A stretch of DNA of 62,204 bases, filler included, from Squatina squatina (taxonomy: Eukaryota): assembly GCA_031763465.1 (NCBI GenBank). It is 3 parts of 2 records of this genome, joined end to end, with 100 filler letters (N's around TTAATTAATTAA, not from the genome) between each part and the next. Parts side by side here need not be neighbours in the genome. Positions count along the whole stretch, not along the records: positions 1 to 23,969 come from JARFOE010000001.1; positions 24,070 to 47,384 come from JARFOE010000222.1; 1 more part is not named here. One strand, 5' to 3'. Made by a program: the position numbers and the translations under genes. How positions within the stretch are numbered: the first letter of the stretch is position 1; every line of letters begins with the position of its first letter. Shown piece after piece: positions 13,473-26,707 of this stretch. The notes under the pieces were generated by a model, which searched no databases, was not told the DNA's origin, and worked only from the letters and a program-made list of their open reading frames with translations.

Positions 13473-14937
13473 CTCGCCTGAGAGATATAATTGAGCCCAG
13501 TATTTGGTTTAAAGAGTCAAGAGGCAACAAAGTCCTCTGCTTGGTAAATACTTCAAGTTTAAAAAAAAATAGTTTTGGCAAAATCATTTACCTCATCTGA
13601 GAAGGCTGTGATATAATATAAGGACAGTTATCAGAGCTTAACTTGTAAATTTGTGAATTTATTAAATACAAATATTAGTATAAATTGAAGTGTAACTGAT
13701 TAAAGTTCTTCCTTGGTATTTATGTGGAAAATAGGTTTACAAATACATATTGATTGTATACTAGGAATATTTCATCAAGCTGGCAGAATCGTCGGAGAAA
13801 GTGACCCCACATCTGGGTTTGCAATGCTTGCAATTTTTATGCAGCTTATTACATCATAGCACTCTTGCAGTTTTTGTCATATATCTATTATATTTTCAGT
13901 ATGCCATACGCTGTAGGATAGTACTGACAGCATACATTTTGATCAGTCATTTACATGGCTTTCTGGATTTATTTTGGTGAATCGAGAAGTTACAAATGGA
14001 TTAACTCTGAATTCCACCCACCCCTTGGCACTACTTCATTCATTTGAATCAAGCAAAACTGTTATTTTCTTTTCTTCCATTTTCTTTTTCAAACGTATGC
14101 AGCAGAATGCTAGTTTTTTTTTAAGAAGTAAGAGCAGATGTAGCATCACCCTCCGGATCCAATAACTGCTTAACTTGCATTTGAGCAGCTGAACAGATGG
14201 TCGGATAAAGTGAGGGGGGAGTTGCCGAGCCAGTGATTGCTAACACTGAATTGATAGAAACAGTGGCACTCTGAAATCCCACCCTTTCCCTCCCTCTCCC
14301 ACAGCAGGGGCCTAATACCAGAGAGAGTGCGGTCACCAGCTGGGACCTACTGACCTACTGTCTGCTTCCAGTGAATAGCTCGAGTACAGTCTGTGTCTCT
14401 GAAAAGTGTTCTGCTTCAGGGTAGTTGTAAATTGGTGTAACAATTGCAGAAGGAATTTTAAATTGCATTAATCATTTTGGAAATTGGCATAATTATGGGT
14501 GCTGCCAACCAAAAGGTATTATTAAATGCAAGCTGTAAAGGGAGAAAGTGATCAGTATTTTTTTTTAAAAGGCACACTCCCTGCTTATTTTGAAAGTGAT
14601 TCCATACCCATTTTTTTTATGCTTTAACTATATGCAACTATATGCAACGTACTATTTGTATATCCCTCGTATATTCCCCCTTAAAGTTAGTCAGCACTTC
14701 TTCCAGAAGATTGGGAACTCACCATATGGGAAATTGCAGGGCAAACCAGCTGTCAGTTTCACTGATTTACTCACACTTTTAGCACAGTTGGGGTTTCCTC
14801 AGCATTGAATATCACCATTATGTTTAAATTTTTAAAANNNNNNNNNNNNNNNNNNNNNNNNNNNNNNNNNNNNNNNNNNNNNNNNNNNNNNNNNNNNNNN
14901 NNNNNNNNNNNNNNNNNNNNNNNNNNNNNNNNNNNNN

Positions 14938-15491
14938 ATTACATTCTAGATATTTCTCATTTGCTCTGGTTCACGGAAGATTACATTCTAAAACACTGCT
15001 CGTCAGTGCTGGTTCACACAAGATTACATTCTAAGACGCTGCCCGTTAGCACTGGTTCTTGGAAGATTACATTCTAAAACTTTGCTCATTAGCGCTGCGT
15101 CTCGGGAGATTACATTCTAAAGCTTTGCTTGTTAGGGCTGATTCATGGAAGATTACATTCTAAAGCATTGCTCATTTGTGCTGGTTCACAGAAAATTACA
15201 TTCAAAAACATTGCTCGTCTGTGCTGGTTCACAGAAAATTACATTCCAAAACTTTGCAAGTTAGCGCCGGTTCATGCAAGATTACATTCTAGATATTTCT
15301 CATTTGCTCTGGTTCACGGAAGATTACATTCTAAAACACTGCTCGTCAGTGCTGGTTTACACAAGATTACATTCTAAGACGCTGCCCGTTAACACTGGTT
15401 CTTGGAAGATTACATTCTAAAACGTTGCTCATTAGCGCTGTGTCTCGGGAGATTACATTCTAAAACTTTGCTCATTAGGGCTGATTCATGG
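14938..15491. repeat. 42-43-bp minisatellite, about 13 monomers, with a 343-bp higher-order period
   Basis: attacattc recurs at 14938, 14980, 15023, 15066, 15109, 15152, 15195, 15238, 15281, 15323, 15366, 15409 and 15452. Confidence 0.95.
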
Positions 15492-18400
15492 CTGTTTACA
15501 TTGTTTATTTGAACTGTCAGCATTTTGGGGGCTTTATTAGCTTTTTTGAAGTGGTATGTCAGCTTTTCTCACTTTTCTAGGTTGTCATGCTTGTTGTACA
15601 GATTTCAATTGGCTTTTGTATGTTTTCAGGTAATTCTCTTTAGTTCCATTGGGGTAGGGTGGGTAAATGGCCCCATTGAGCTTCTTGTATCGTATGGGCC
15701 ATTCTTTCCTGCTTCTGTATTCCAGTATGATTCCAGCACCATCAGTCCAAAAGGTACTGGAAATGGACTTGGATTATGTCATAACGATACAATTGGCACT
15801 ACCTACCTCCATATTGCATTGCTGCACAAAACAGACATTAGCACTCCAGCAACACAGATCACCTTTTACATCAGTGATTGTGCACCAAACAATAGTCGTT
15901 TCATGCAAAACTACTGTGATTATAATTTAACATCATAGTTTCCTTTAAATGCTCTTGTGAATGAGATTATGTTTGCATTATTTTTTTGGAGTATATTCTG
16001 TTCATTATGAAGTGTGCAATTATATTTCTGCCAATGGAATGGTTTAATCTGAGAATAATTGTCATTGTGTAATCTGCCTTTGGAACTCCCTGATATGCTG
16101 AGGGGGAAAATTTATAAAAATTTTCAATATATATTAAATTATGCAAAATTCCCCATCCTTGGTTGCTGTAACCAACAGTTTGCAAGAAACTTAAAAATAT
16201 GGCAATGAGTGTGCTGGGATATATGGCCTTCTCTACTGTTTCTAATCAAGTTAAATATATTAGACAAATGTGAAGCACCTACATATTGAGGAAGCAACAA
16301 AAACGGTGTTGATTATTCAATTAAAAAAAAATGATTTGCAGAAAAGTAATGGGTATTATTCTGTGATTTGATCAGCTGGAATGGGCAGGTAAAATGCTGT
16401 AAACCACACAAGGTCATTTATATATGCTGTTCTACAGAAAGACTACTGACTTTCTCCCCTTTCCACTGGTGCATTAAACTCGAGCTTCCCTGTTTTCAGG
16501 TTATTATACGAACATAAGATTAAACCAATAAAACCACACTCAAAAGAGAATATTAAAGTTTGTGTTTATGTTGAATACGGCAATAAAACACTGAAAACCA
16601 CAGAAAAACAAAATAACTGATGGAATGTTCTCACCTGGAAGTCTCCAGCCAGTGGAAGTGCCTCTCTGCACTATTTTTAGCGCACTGGCCAACAAGCTTG
16701 CGCTAACTTCCTGGCTCTGCTATTTTAAAATAGTCAGCAGCCTATTTGAAATAAATTAGCCAATGCACAGCTGGAATTAACCTCCCATAACTTCAAGGCT
16801 CTGATATTAAAATATTCTATGTGCATGATTGCACCAGGAAACACGCAACAAAAATATTCACAATCTCCTTTTCCTGATCAGCTACAAACTGCACTTTTGT
16901 ACCATTTTATGTAAATTTTGATTTTTTTTTTAAACAAGAAATTTGATAAAACCAAAAATTCACTACAAAATACCAAAACTCCATCACGAAACATTAAAAA
17001 CCAAAAAGCTGAACCATATTGTATTCACGTGATGGTTAGAAACCTTCAGTTTCCTTGTGCACTTTCTCTAAATATAAAAACTGCTACATGTACATTATTT
17101 TAATGTGAAGCAATGAAGAAAGTTACTATATCTGGAGAATGTTGAAATCCATCAACAGTATTAATAATCTTCCAGACAAATGTTTTGACAATTATTTGTA
17201 CCTTTTTAGTAGGTACAAATAAAGTACATACCTTTTAAGTCAAAATGTTAAATTAGGCAAATATATACTGATTAGTGCATATTGTCTGCTCATTGAGATT
17301 AGGTAATGTTTGATTATCTTCCAGTTAGCATATGTGGTCATGTCTCTGGGGTGTAATGGTGCTAGGCCCCATCTGCTACTGAAAGTCAAGATAGCTGCTG
17401 TGGTTCGCCTCACAACAGATTTTCTTGTCTGCAGTACCAGTCCATAAACCCCTCTAAAGGCTCTTCTGTCATCAGAAAATCAGAGCCAACTCCACAGCGA
17501 TTCCAAACCCAGATTATTTCTGCAATACTCCCAAGAAGATACACAAAGGGGCACAATGGCCAGACACTGCAAGGCCAATTAAACAAGACTTTCTCTGTTA
17601 TATCAAGATCATGTGGCTCACTACTTAAAACCAAGGAAGCCCTTTTCCAAAGTGACAGGATATGCTATTGCTTTTTCACTGTGTTTGAGAATAGTAGCAC
17701 TGTGTTCTCAGTTCTTGCAGAAGGTGAATTACTCAGCAGTTTAGCTACCTGCCAGTTTTGTACAGGCTGCACGACGACAAATTACTTTCCTCAAAGGGTA
17801 AGCTGTAAACTAAAATGATCACATGTATTTTAGTTAACCTGGAATTAATGTTTAGAATCTAACTTGTTTTAATGTTTGTAGAATTTTTATTCAGATTTAG
17901 CTAAATTATTGGAAAATCATATTAAGTCTTTCCATCCAGGAATTAATGTTTTGAAAGATGGAAATTGAATTTGATGACTTGGGTAGTTTGGATTTCATGA
18001 ATGTGTATTTAAATAGATGGATCTTGTATTAATCACCTGTAATGATATTACTCAACAATAGTGCAGCCTTTGTCTACTCAAGATTTAGGTTATGAAATAA
18101 GTTTTGTGCTGACCACCAGATTTAGTAGAATATTAACAGTAGTTTAGTAAGATTGNNNNNNNNNNNNNNNNNNNNNNNNNNNNNNNNNNNNNNNNNNNNN
18201 NNNNNNNNNNNNNNNNNNNNNNNNNNNNNNNNNNNNNNNNNNNNNNNNNNNNNNNGGGAGGGAATGACAAATTTCTGAGCAGATGCCCATCCCTGGTAGA
18301 GTTTTGTGGTTTCTCTACTGGAGAGGGATTCTGATCAATTTGTGCAATGTCGGATTTTGTGATCTGCTGCATAATAAAGTGAGAGAATCCTAATATTTTA

Positions 18401-18891
18401 ATGATTTAAGTAAAATACACAAAACCAACCTTGATTCAAATTCAATTGGTATAATTTGTTTATACAGGTTGTCGAGGCAATCAGAAATTAATGGCAGGCT
18501 TTTGGCACCAAAACAAGTGACTTAACAAAATGTGGTATTCGGATTTATACAACTGAACTATGTGTGGGAATGTTATAGTTTGCATATATTAAAAATACAT
18601 TTGTGTTACCAATGACAAAGTTCCAGGTTTCTCATTCAATATAGTATATAAGGAATGATTCTGCCTCCCAATGCTCCTGATGAGGAGCACAGCTTATTTC
18701 AGAAAATCACAGGCGCACAACACATGTCTTTCCATCTATTAAAATTAATGGACAGAAACTCAGAGGTTGCAGGTCCACAATTTCCTAAAATATGTTCCAT
18801 GCAGGTGCCGTTTGCCACTGGAAATTGCAGAATTGCCCTGACACGATATGATGGTTAGTGGACTGACTACTGCTCTTCATTCTTTTCAGTG

Positions 18892-19018
18892 ATGGAGGAG
18901 TTGATTGTGGAATTACATCTGTTTCTGGAGCTTCTTGATCATGAATATCTGACCTCATCTGCCAGAGAGAAAAAGACTGCAGTCTGCAACATCTTGCGGA
19001 GGATCAAGTCCGTGACTG
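18892..19018 (+). CDS. AFAP1: AFAP1 first coding exon
   Basis: Acceptor ttcttttcag ending at 18889, ATG at 18892, donor gtcagt at 19019. [42 protein letters not shown] matches the recalled AFAP1 N-terminus [28 protein letters not shown]. The tandem ABLIM2-AFAP1 order is as in human. Confidence 0.93.
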
Positions 19019-20568
19019 GTCAGTATACAACCGCCACACTCCGATAACCAATTTTACTTCTGGAAGGATTAAACAAGCAACCAAGGTTTCTGAAATTCCA
19101 GTTGCTCCCAATGTCAGGATGAGCGCTGATCTGTTGAGTGGGGCCAGCATTTGGGGCGGAAATCGGGATGTGGGGCGAAATCCAGGATTCTACTCCTTGT
19201 AAAAGCATTTTTTAATTTCCAACAAGAATTGCCTTCTCTCCGTCCTGCAAAAACTGACATCTGGAAGGCTCACAGGATTTCAGATACCCAATTCTGTCCA
19301 ATTGCTGCAATACCCTGTTTCATATGCAGATCTCACAATATAAGCCCTAATTTTAATCCCATGTGCCCAATGAGAATGGGCTGTATGGAGGGGGATTAAA
19401 ATCGTGGCACCGTGTTGCTCACCACCTCCATGCCGCACTTCTGCTCTGTGCCATTTTAACAGCATCAGGGACCCTGCCACAGGCAGACGAGGGGCTCATA
19501 AATATTGACAAGTTGGGGTCCAATGTGTTCCCTTTGGGCCCCGCAATCCTTGGATCCTGCTTGCCATGGGCTTCCCTTCAAGTGTCCATGACCATAATCA
19601 TCTTGAACTCAACCGCCGCATCATTTCCACGGTCAGGGACTGTTGCTTTGAGTACACAGAGATTTCCCGCTCCCACCCATCGGCTACCAGGTTGTTCCCA
19701 CTGGCTTCAGGTGGGAGTCTGATTCCAAATTGGCTGATAAGAAACATAGAAACATAGAAAATAGGTGCAGGAGTAGGCCATTTGGCCCTTCGAGCCTGCA
19801 CCACCATTCAATATGATCATNNNNNNNNNNNNNNNNNNNNNNNNNNNNNNNNNNNNNNNNNNNNNNNNNNNNNNNNNNNNNNNNNNNNNNNNNNNNNNNN
19901 NNNNNNNNNNNNNNNNNNNNTCACTGAAAATTTTCAGTGTCCCATTTCCAGCACTAAATTCAACACTTAGCACTAGAAACTTTAAAAACCCGAATTGGCC
20001 TCCCAGAGTGCCTGCCTAAAAGAGTTGTTGGGCCCCTGAATATGCCAGTCAAACAGGCCTAGTGTCTGTTTTAGGTGGCTGTCCGGGAAGCTTAAAAAAT
20101 GGGCCCCATGAGCTTAGCAGTGGTCCAAACACAGATTGGGCACGGGCTGTCCTACTGATAACGTTTGTCATTGCTGTGTGTGTTTTGCACAATGCATACA
20201 AACTTATACCCCTCCCTGTCCAGGTTCAAACAAGAATGAGAACTAGTATTAGTTAAAGGGTCACTAGCATCATTGAACAGCATGATACAGTGCCTTCAAG
20301 AAAGGAAGGGAGTAATGGGAGGTAAAACAAAAGGTGGAAAAAAACTAGTTGATTAGAGCTGAGACCATACTGAGTAAATATATACCTGCTGCTACCTAAT
20401 ATTGCATGTTTGTGACTCATATATCTCACATAGTGAGGAGGGGATGTTATAAGCACAAGGAGAATGCTTTCTTTAATTTACAGTATGTTTGCTGTGATCT
20501 TAGTATTGTAATTCTTCTGATGTCTTCATATTGTAACCAAGGCAATGGCTTTAGAAATAATAAAGTTG

Positions 20569-20793
20569 TTATGCACGTTCAGAATTCAGGAGGGTCTTTG
20601 CATAGCAAGCAGTCTGATAGTGTTTTGAATAGAACACCCTGTAGAGATTGAAATGGAATCCATCTGTGTTGATATTGGCAGTGTGTGCTCTGCCGCCCAG
20701 CTGTATGGGCTGACCACCATTATTCCTCAGTACACCAATGGGGTTTGAGTCAGACGGGCGGCATTCATGTCTCATTTCCTCTCTTGCTGTATT
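20569..20793 (-). CDS. Candidate terminal exon of the MTFR-like gene
   Basis: Good acceptor (cccattttctccatgttttatccag) in phase 0, matching the donor after 21396. It gives 74 open codons NTAREEMR...KTLLNSERA*. No clear homology recognised, and an N gap separates it from the previous exon. Confidence 0.3.
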   Translation of the reverse strand, partial: NTAREEMRHECRPSDSNPIGVLRNNGGQPIQLGGRAHTANINTDGFHFNLYRVFYSKHYQTACYAKTLLNSERA

Positions 20794-21395
20794 CTGGATA
20801 AAACATGGAGAAAATGGGAGCATATTCCGTGCATTTGCTTGACTGACCCATTTTAATTGCAAGACAGTTTACAAGAAGTCTCAAATAATCTGCATCTGAT
20901 TTTTTTTTACAAATTCAGATGTTTATGTTTCACTGACGAAACAACTCACAAATGGGACATATGTTATTCTGAGCATTAAATTTAACCATGTNNNNNNNNN
21001 NNNNNNNNNNNNNNNNNNNNNNNNNNNNNNNNNNNNNNNNNNNNNNNNNNNNNNNNNNNNNNNNNNNNNNNNNNNNNNNNNNNNNNNNNNNCTCTCATCA
21101 AACTTTTATTGGGACCACAAACAGAAAAAATAATTTAGCCATCAAGAAATCCAAAGTGAAATCTATTGATGAGCCATATTGAAAAACTAATTTTACTATC
21201 AAAGAACTTCCAAGTTAATTTTTAAATATTGTTTGTAAGGATCTCTACAATTTAAAAGTCAGACTACTGTTAAAGTCAACTGTTCAATTTTCCTTTTTCA
21301 AAAAAAAGTATCTTGCTACAAATAATGACACAAGAAACTTTGACAACCATGCTCAGGAACTTAAATGGGACAGTGTTTCACATGAACCAACATAC

Positions 21396-21576
21396 CCTTG
21401 AAGTCTCTGGACTTGATAGAGGAGAGAACTCAAAGGACTCATTTTCTTTATCCGAAGAATCATTGATGTATCTGTGTGCAAACTTGCGCTTTAAAGCATC
21501 AGCAATAAGTGCTGCTGGATCAGAAACAGGTGCTTTTATTGCTGATTTCTTCCGTATGGGTTTTCCTCCAGGTGAC
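21396..21576 (-). CDS. MTFR2-like coding exon
   Basis: ag/gt-bounded 181-nt exon, phase-compatible with the previous exon across an 88-nt intron. SPGGKPIRKKSAIKAPVSDPAALIADALKRKFAHRYINDSSDKENESFEFSPLSSPETSR resembles recalled MTFR2 (SPGG...KEN...SPFSSPETSR) and MTFR1 (DPAALIAEALKKKFA). Confidence 0.8.
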
Positions 21577-21664
21577 CTTCGAATAAGGTAATAAGATATT
21601 AAGCAATGCCAAATCCCCAAAAAGAGTGTTCCAGTCCCTTATGTTCAAAAAGAGAGAAATTTAC

Positions 21665-21827
21665 CTCTCTACTACTCTTAATTTAACATTCCGCATGTCC
21701 TTTAAGACATCCATCATGCTGAAGGGCTTTGAGAATTTTTCAGTTAGCTTTGGCTTGATGGTCACATGACTAGAGTTTCTTTTCATAGCTCATGATATAT
21801 GTTCTTTCCCCTTTGTCAGTGATATTC
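21665..21827 (-). pseudogene. MTFR (mitochondrial fission regulator) family exon with an in-frame TGA at 21790-21792
   Basis: Minus strand ttcattctag|...ISLTKGKEHIS*AMKRNSSHVTIKPKLTEKFSKPFSMMDVLKDMRNVKLRVVE(R)|gtaa. DVLKDMxxVKLRxxER is the MTFR1/MTFR2 motif. Confidence 0.65.
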
Positions 21828-23969
21828 CTAGAATGAAAGTGTTTTAAAATAAAATGAGATTAAAAAGTTCACATTTAAATATATTTCTTAAACAGGATTT
21901 ATATCTATTTGTTTACAAAGAAAAGGCAGATATTCTGATGGGCTCATAGCATAAGCTGCTCAACACCTGCTTCGCCAACCAGATGATTAAATGTACGAAG
22001 AATCGCGGAATTGCCAGTAACTACAGACTGCCTGTCACTATTGAGAATCATTTAAAACATTTCCTGTCTGGGCCACTTCATGAAGCACCTAGCAGAGGCA
22101 AGACAAAGATTTACATATAAATTACAACACCAACCAAGCTATTCAGTCCAACCAATCCAGGTTGGTATTTATCCTCCATACGAGGAGTAGAGCTAATCCT
22201 GTGTCCCTGTATTGTTCCTTTACACCTTTATCCTCCTTTCCTTCAACCACCTCTCTAACAACAACTTACATTTGTATATGGCCTTTAACATAGTAAAACA
22301 TACAAACCCGCTTCACAGGATCTTTGTCAAACAAATTTTGTCACCAAGCCACATAAGGGGATATTAGGAAAAATGACCAAAAGTGTGGTCAGTGGATGGG
22401 GGGTCTAAGGAGGAGAGGCAGAAAGGCGAGCATGTTTATTTTCTCCTGTAGGTTGTAGCAGAAAACTTTTAAAACTCACACTAAAGAACCCATTTTTGAC
22501 CTTTGGAAATAACTTCATTACTAAAGCTGATCACTGATGGTTGAGACAGTCTGTCAGGCAGTTGATAGTATTTTTATTTCAAGTAACAATGTTAAGTTAA
22601 TTGCCGTTTTTAACCAACAAAACCTAAGGCAGAAGTTTCCCAATTCAAATAGAACCAAAATTCCACTTGCATAGATGGATCTTTTGAATTTCAAAGTAGG
22701 ATTTTCTGCTGTAAGATTAGTGTGTTCCCAGGTATAATGGAAACTTTTGCATTTTTCACTTGTTGATTTCATCTAACATTTTGCAAATTGTGTACAATGT
22801 GCTACTTTATATAAAAACAGCAGCACAACATCTCCACGTGACAGTCTTAATAAGCTCCAAGTTAAGTACTGCCATTCTGGTTTGGTTTGTTTTATTTTAA
22901 TTTGATTCTTCCACCTTTCTGTTTTTCAATGTCACTAGGTGGAGAGCCAACTATGAGTCATATAACTTGTCATAACTNNNNNNNNNNNNNNNNNNNNNNN
23001 NNNNNNNNNNNNNNNNNNNNNNNNNNNNNNNNNNNNNNNNNNNNNNNNNNNNNNNNNNNNNNNNNNNNNNNNNNNNNNNNNNNNNNNNNNNNNNNNNNNN
23101 NNNNNNNNNNNNNNNNNNNNNNNNNNNNNNNNNNNNNNNNNNNNNNNNNNNNNNNNNNNNNNNNNNNNTAACGTTTAAAAACTTGATTTGCACAGTTTGC
23201 TGCAGAGGCATCCCTCAACCTCTGACATGACACCCTGACCCCTGTCATAAAGTGCTCTTTCAGCCAATCAATACCCTCCTGACTAAAATTTATAAGCAAA
23301 TAAATGAGACTTTTTAAAAAGCATGCTTCTTCATTTGTAGTAAAATGTATATTTCTTTTGCTATGATGATTGTTTATAGAAAGTTGTTTTTAAATTCATG
23401 AAAGATAGTGAGACATTTAAAATGGCTGTAGTGTGATTAAGCTGTGGAGGTTAGTAGAACTCCAGCTGAGTGCACACCACTCTCATTTATCAAACAATGG
23501 CCTATTCATACAACCCTGGGGCCTGCTGGAACGTGCTGCTTTCAGCTCCTAAAAACATGCAAAAGGTCACAAGTTGCAAGTTCAACTGTCTCTGCCTGTG
23601 TCTGCGAAAAGAGAAATAAAGCATTAGCCTCTCTATACAGGAAATAATAATCTCTGATGTACAGACATTGCTGTAAATAGCAGAGTCACTTTAATCATCC
23701 AAAATTCCACATCAACATTTCTTACATTTCCATCGAGGAATGTCTGGAGGCTGACTCAGACCAACTAGTTACTTGAACTGCTGTCTTTTCTAAAATGTTA
23801 TATTTTAGCAATCAGAAAATCGAAAGCCCCGTAAATCAGCTGTGTTAACCTCCATGCTCTGTTCTCTGATCTGTGCTCCTGTTAAGACTCCCTGCTGGGA
23901 ATTTACCCCTTATCGTACCCCTTCCCATCAGCTACCTGGAAGTTGAGTGAGGCTTAAGGTTTTTGTCTC

Positions 23970-24069
23970 NNNNNNNNNNNNNNNNNNNNNNNNNNNNNNN
24001 NNNNNNNNNNNNNTTAATTAATTAANNNNNNNNNNNNNNNNNNNNNNNNNNNNNNNNNNNNNNNNNNNN
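23970..24069. other. Artificial scaffold linker N44-TTAATTAATTAA-N44
   Basis: A six-frame stop 12-mer at 24014-24025 sits centred in exactly 100 nt. Gene content changes across it. Confidence 0.97.
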
Positions 24070-24331
24070 TGACTTGGGATTGAGTAGTCAGCTGACACTT
24101 AACTGGAGGGTAGTGTATGGCGGAGCACAGCCAAAATTGATTGGCAAAGACTCAGCTAAACAAAACACAAGCAAAATGCTGTGGATGCTAGAAATCAATG
24201 AAACCTGTTGCATTATAAATATACTTGTTAATGATGAAATTGATCTAATGCTATTTTACTGGCTTATTTCACCAGATAAGGCAGTAGTTTTCAGTAAGTT
24301 ATTCAATAATTAATAATCTTTTCCTCTGCAG

Positions 24332-24476
24332 CAACAAGGCATGTCGATACTTTGATCAGGGACGTGGCACTTGTCCCTTTGGGGGGAACTGTTTCTACAA
24401 ACACGCGTACCCTGATGGTCGTCTGGAAGAACCCCAACCACAGAGGAAGCCAATTGGATCAATGGGTAGATATCGA
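24332..24476 (+). CDS. MKRN1: MKRN1 (makorin-1) penultimate exon with the C-terminal C3H zinc finger
   Basis: cag/gtaagt-bounded. Translates to [48 protein letters not shown]. Confidence 0.93.
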
Positions 24477-25187
24477 GTAAGTAAATCACGATATATTAAA
24501 CAAGTGAATTTTGATTTAAGAAAGTCACCTTGTGCTATTGCGTTCATCTATGAGCTGTAAGTTGAACTAGTTATAGGGAGGTAGGATGGAACATCCTACA
24601 ACTTTTTTAATATTTAGTTTCCTGGTGAGCTGTGCCACTTCATGCTTAGCATTGTTTCCTTCTAGTTAAATGATGTAAGGCAAAATAGTTAGCAGAGCTT
24701 TTCTTTATATTTCCTACTCCCAGGTGTGATTTTGACAATTTTCATATAAATTTTGTATTTAGCATTGTCTGGTTAGTATGGTACAAACACTTGGAACCCC
24801 AAATCTCTCAGGTTGAGATCTTTAGTAAAGTGGTACCAGAATTCTACTCTTTGGAGATCTGATTGGATTGGAACTACTACTGAAACTCAGTATTTCATGT
24901 TGACTTGTATAGGTAAGTCGACCTTGTTTATCCCATAAGTACCCCTCACTGGTTTTATACCATAATTTTGTGCCAGTACAACCTGAAGACAAAATTGCAG
25001 TTCAGTTTTTTTTTCCATTGGACTCCTCCCTACTCCATTGTTTGATCTCTACTATCTTCAAAATATGCACATGTACAAACAGAAATGTGTTAGAACATTG
25101 CCTTGCTGAGAGCAAGTAGTCTTAAGGCGTGTCTGAACAGACTGAAAATACTGAGCCTGAACTAATCCTCTCCATTTCACTGCAACT

Positions 25188-25522
25188 AGAATCATAGAAT
25201 GGCTACGGCACGGAAGGCGGCCATTCGGCCAGTTGAGCCTATGCCAGCTGTCAGTTAGTCCACTCCCCTGCCCTTTCCCCATTGTCCAGCCTTTATTTTC
25301 CTTCAGATACTTATCCAACTCCCTTTTGAAAGATAAGACTGAGTCTGCCTCCACCACCCTTTCAGGCAGTGCATTCCAGATCCTAACTTTCCTCATGTCG
25401 CCTTTGGTTCTTTTGCCAATCGCCTTAAATCTGTGTCCTCTGGTCCTCAACCCTTCCGCCAATGGGAACAGTTTCTCTCGATCTACTCTGTCCAGACCCC
25501 TCATGATTTTGAACACCTCGAT
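25188..25522 (-). mobile_element. CR1-clade LINE 3' end
   Basis: Encodes FKIMRGLDRVDREKLFPLAEG..TRGHRFK...IWNALPERVVEADS...FKRELDKYL and ends in an attctatg-type tail. Confidence 0.9.
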
Positions 25523-26707
25523 NNNNNNNNNNNNNNNNNNNNNNNNNNNNNNNNNNNNNNNNNNNNNNNNNNNNNNNNNNNNNNNNNNNNNNNNNNNNNN
25601 NNNNNNNNNNNNNNNNNNNNNNCTTCAGCCACTTTGGCTTCTCTATTTTGAACTTTGTCCCTAAATCCCATCACCTCCCCACTTCTTCCTCTCCCTTTAA
25701 ATGCCTTCTCAAAACTTATCTTTTCAACCTGGCTTCCAGTCAACATTCCTGACCTCTCCCTCCATTGCTTAACCTCCCGCTCTATTTCCACTTGTGAAGC
25801 ATTTTGCAATGTTCATTTACTTGTAAGATGCAATATAAATGCAAGGTGTTGTTATTACATAATGATTCCTATTAAGAGAATGTGTTAAAATCCCATTTAC
25901 ACATAAAAAGATAAATAGGGCTGCACTCACCTACTCCATCCAATTTTTCCATTTGCCTTTTGAGACCAAAGTCATGCTGCATTCCAATCCATTAAATTAA
26001 AGCCACCAAATAAGAACTGAGCTGGGTCTTGTTGGGGGTTCCTAACTTAGTTGGAGAATATACAGTAGATGTATCATTGCCTCAGCAAATGTCGCTGTAA
26101 TGAAGATTTCCATTAACCGCTGAGCACTGCACAGTGCAACATGTGCAGATGCGCATTAAGATTGCCTTCGGGTCAGGGAAGCAGTAACAATCTTACAATC
26201 AGTAGAGGATTTATGACACTAAATAATGGATCTGTGCATTTACTGTAAAGTACAAAATCATACCAGCTTGAACAGCTTACACCAGTTTTACATAGGACTT
26301 GCAAAAATAGCTACTCTATTGGGTATGAGCTGACTTAGGAAACCATAATATAAATACGCCTGACTAGTGGTGGGCCCGAGTCTTTTTTTAACGGTATAAC
26401 TCGCTGTGTGAAAATTCTTCCCAAAAATGTCTGCTCCTTGACCATATTTAATTGGAGTTTTAAAGCATAAAAAATACTGGAAACACTGATTTCTTCTTTT
26501 ATAACCACTTCTCAATAACATTTCTCCTTTGACAAAAATTTATAGCCGATCTAAATGGTTGCATTGTTGGGATATCCCACGAGATAGCAACTGTGGAGAA
26601 CAAATGTTGATGTTTCTCTTCACTGCTAGGTTTCCGCATTCATCCTGAACTTGTCGACACAACAAGGGTGGCTCCATGTCTTATCAGTGAACATGCTCAT
26701 CCTTTAT

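Noticed and set aside
14938-15491. CRISPR-like periodic array
   Set aside because: The would-be spacers are homologous to each other and recur in order. There are no cas genes and the context is vertebrate, so this is a minisatellite.
21790-21792. Selenocysteine or readthrough interpretation of the MTFR-like TGA
   Set aside because: No SECIS element was identified and MTFR proteins are not known selenoproteins.
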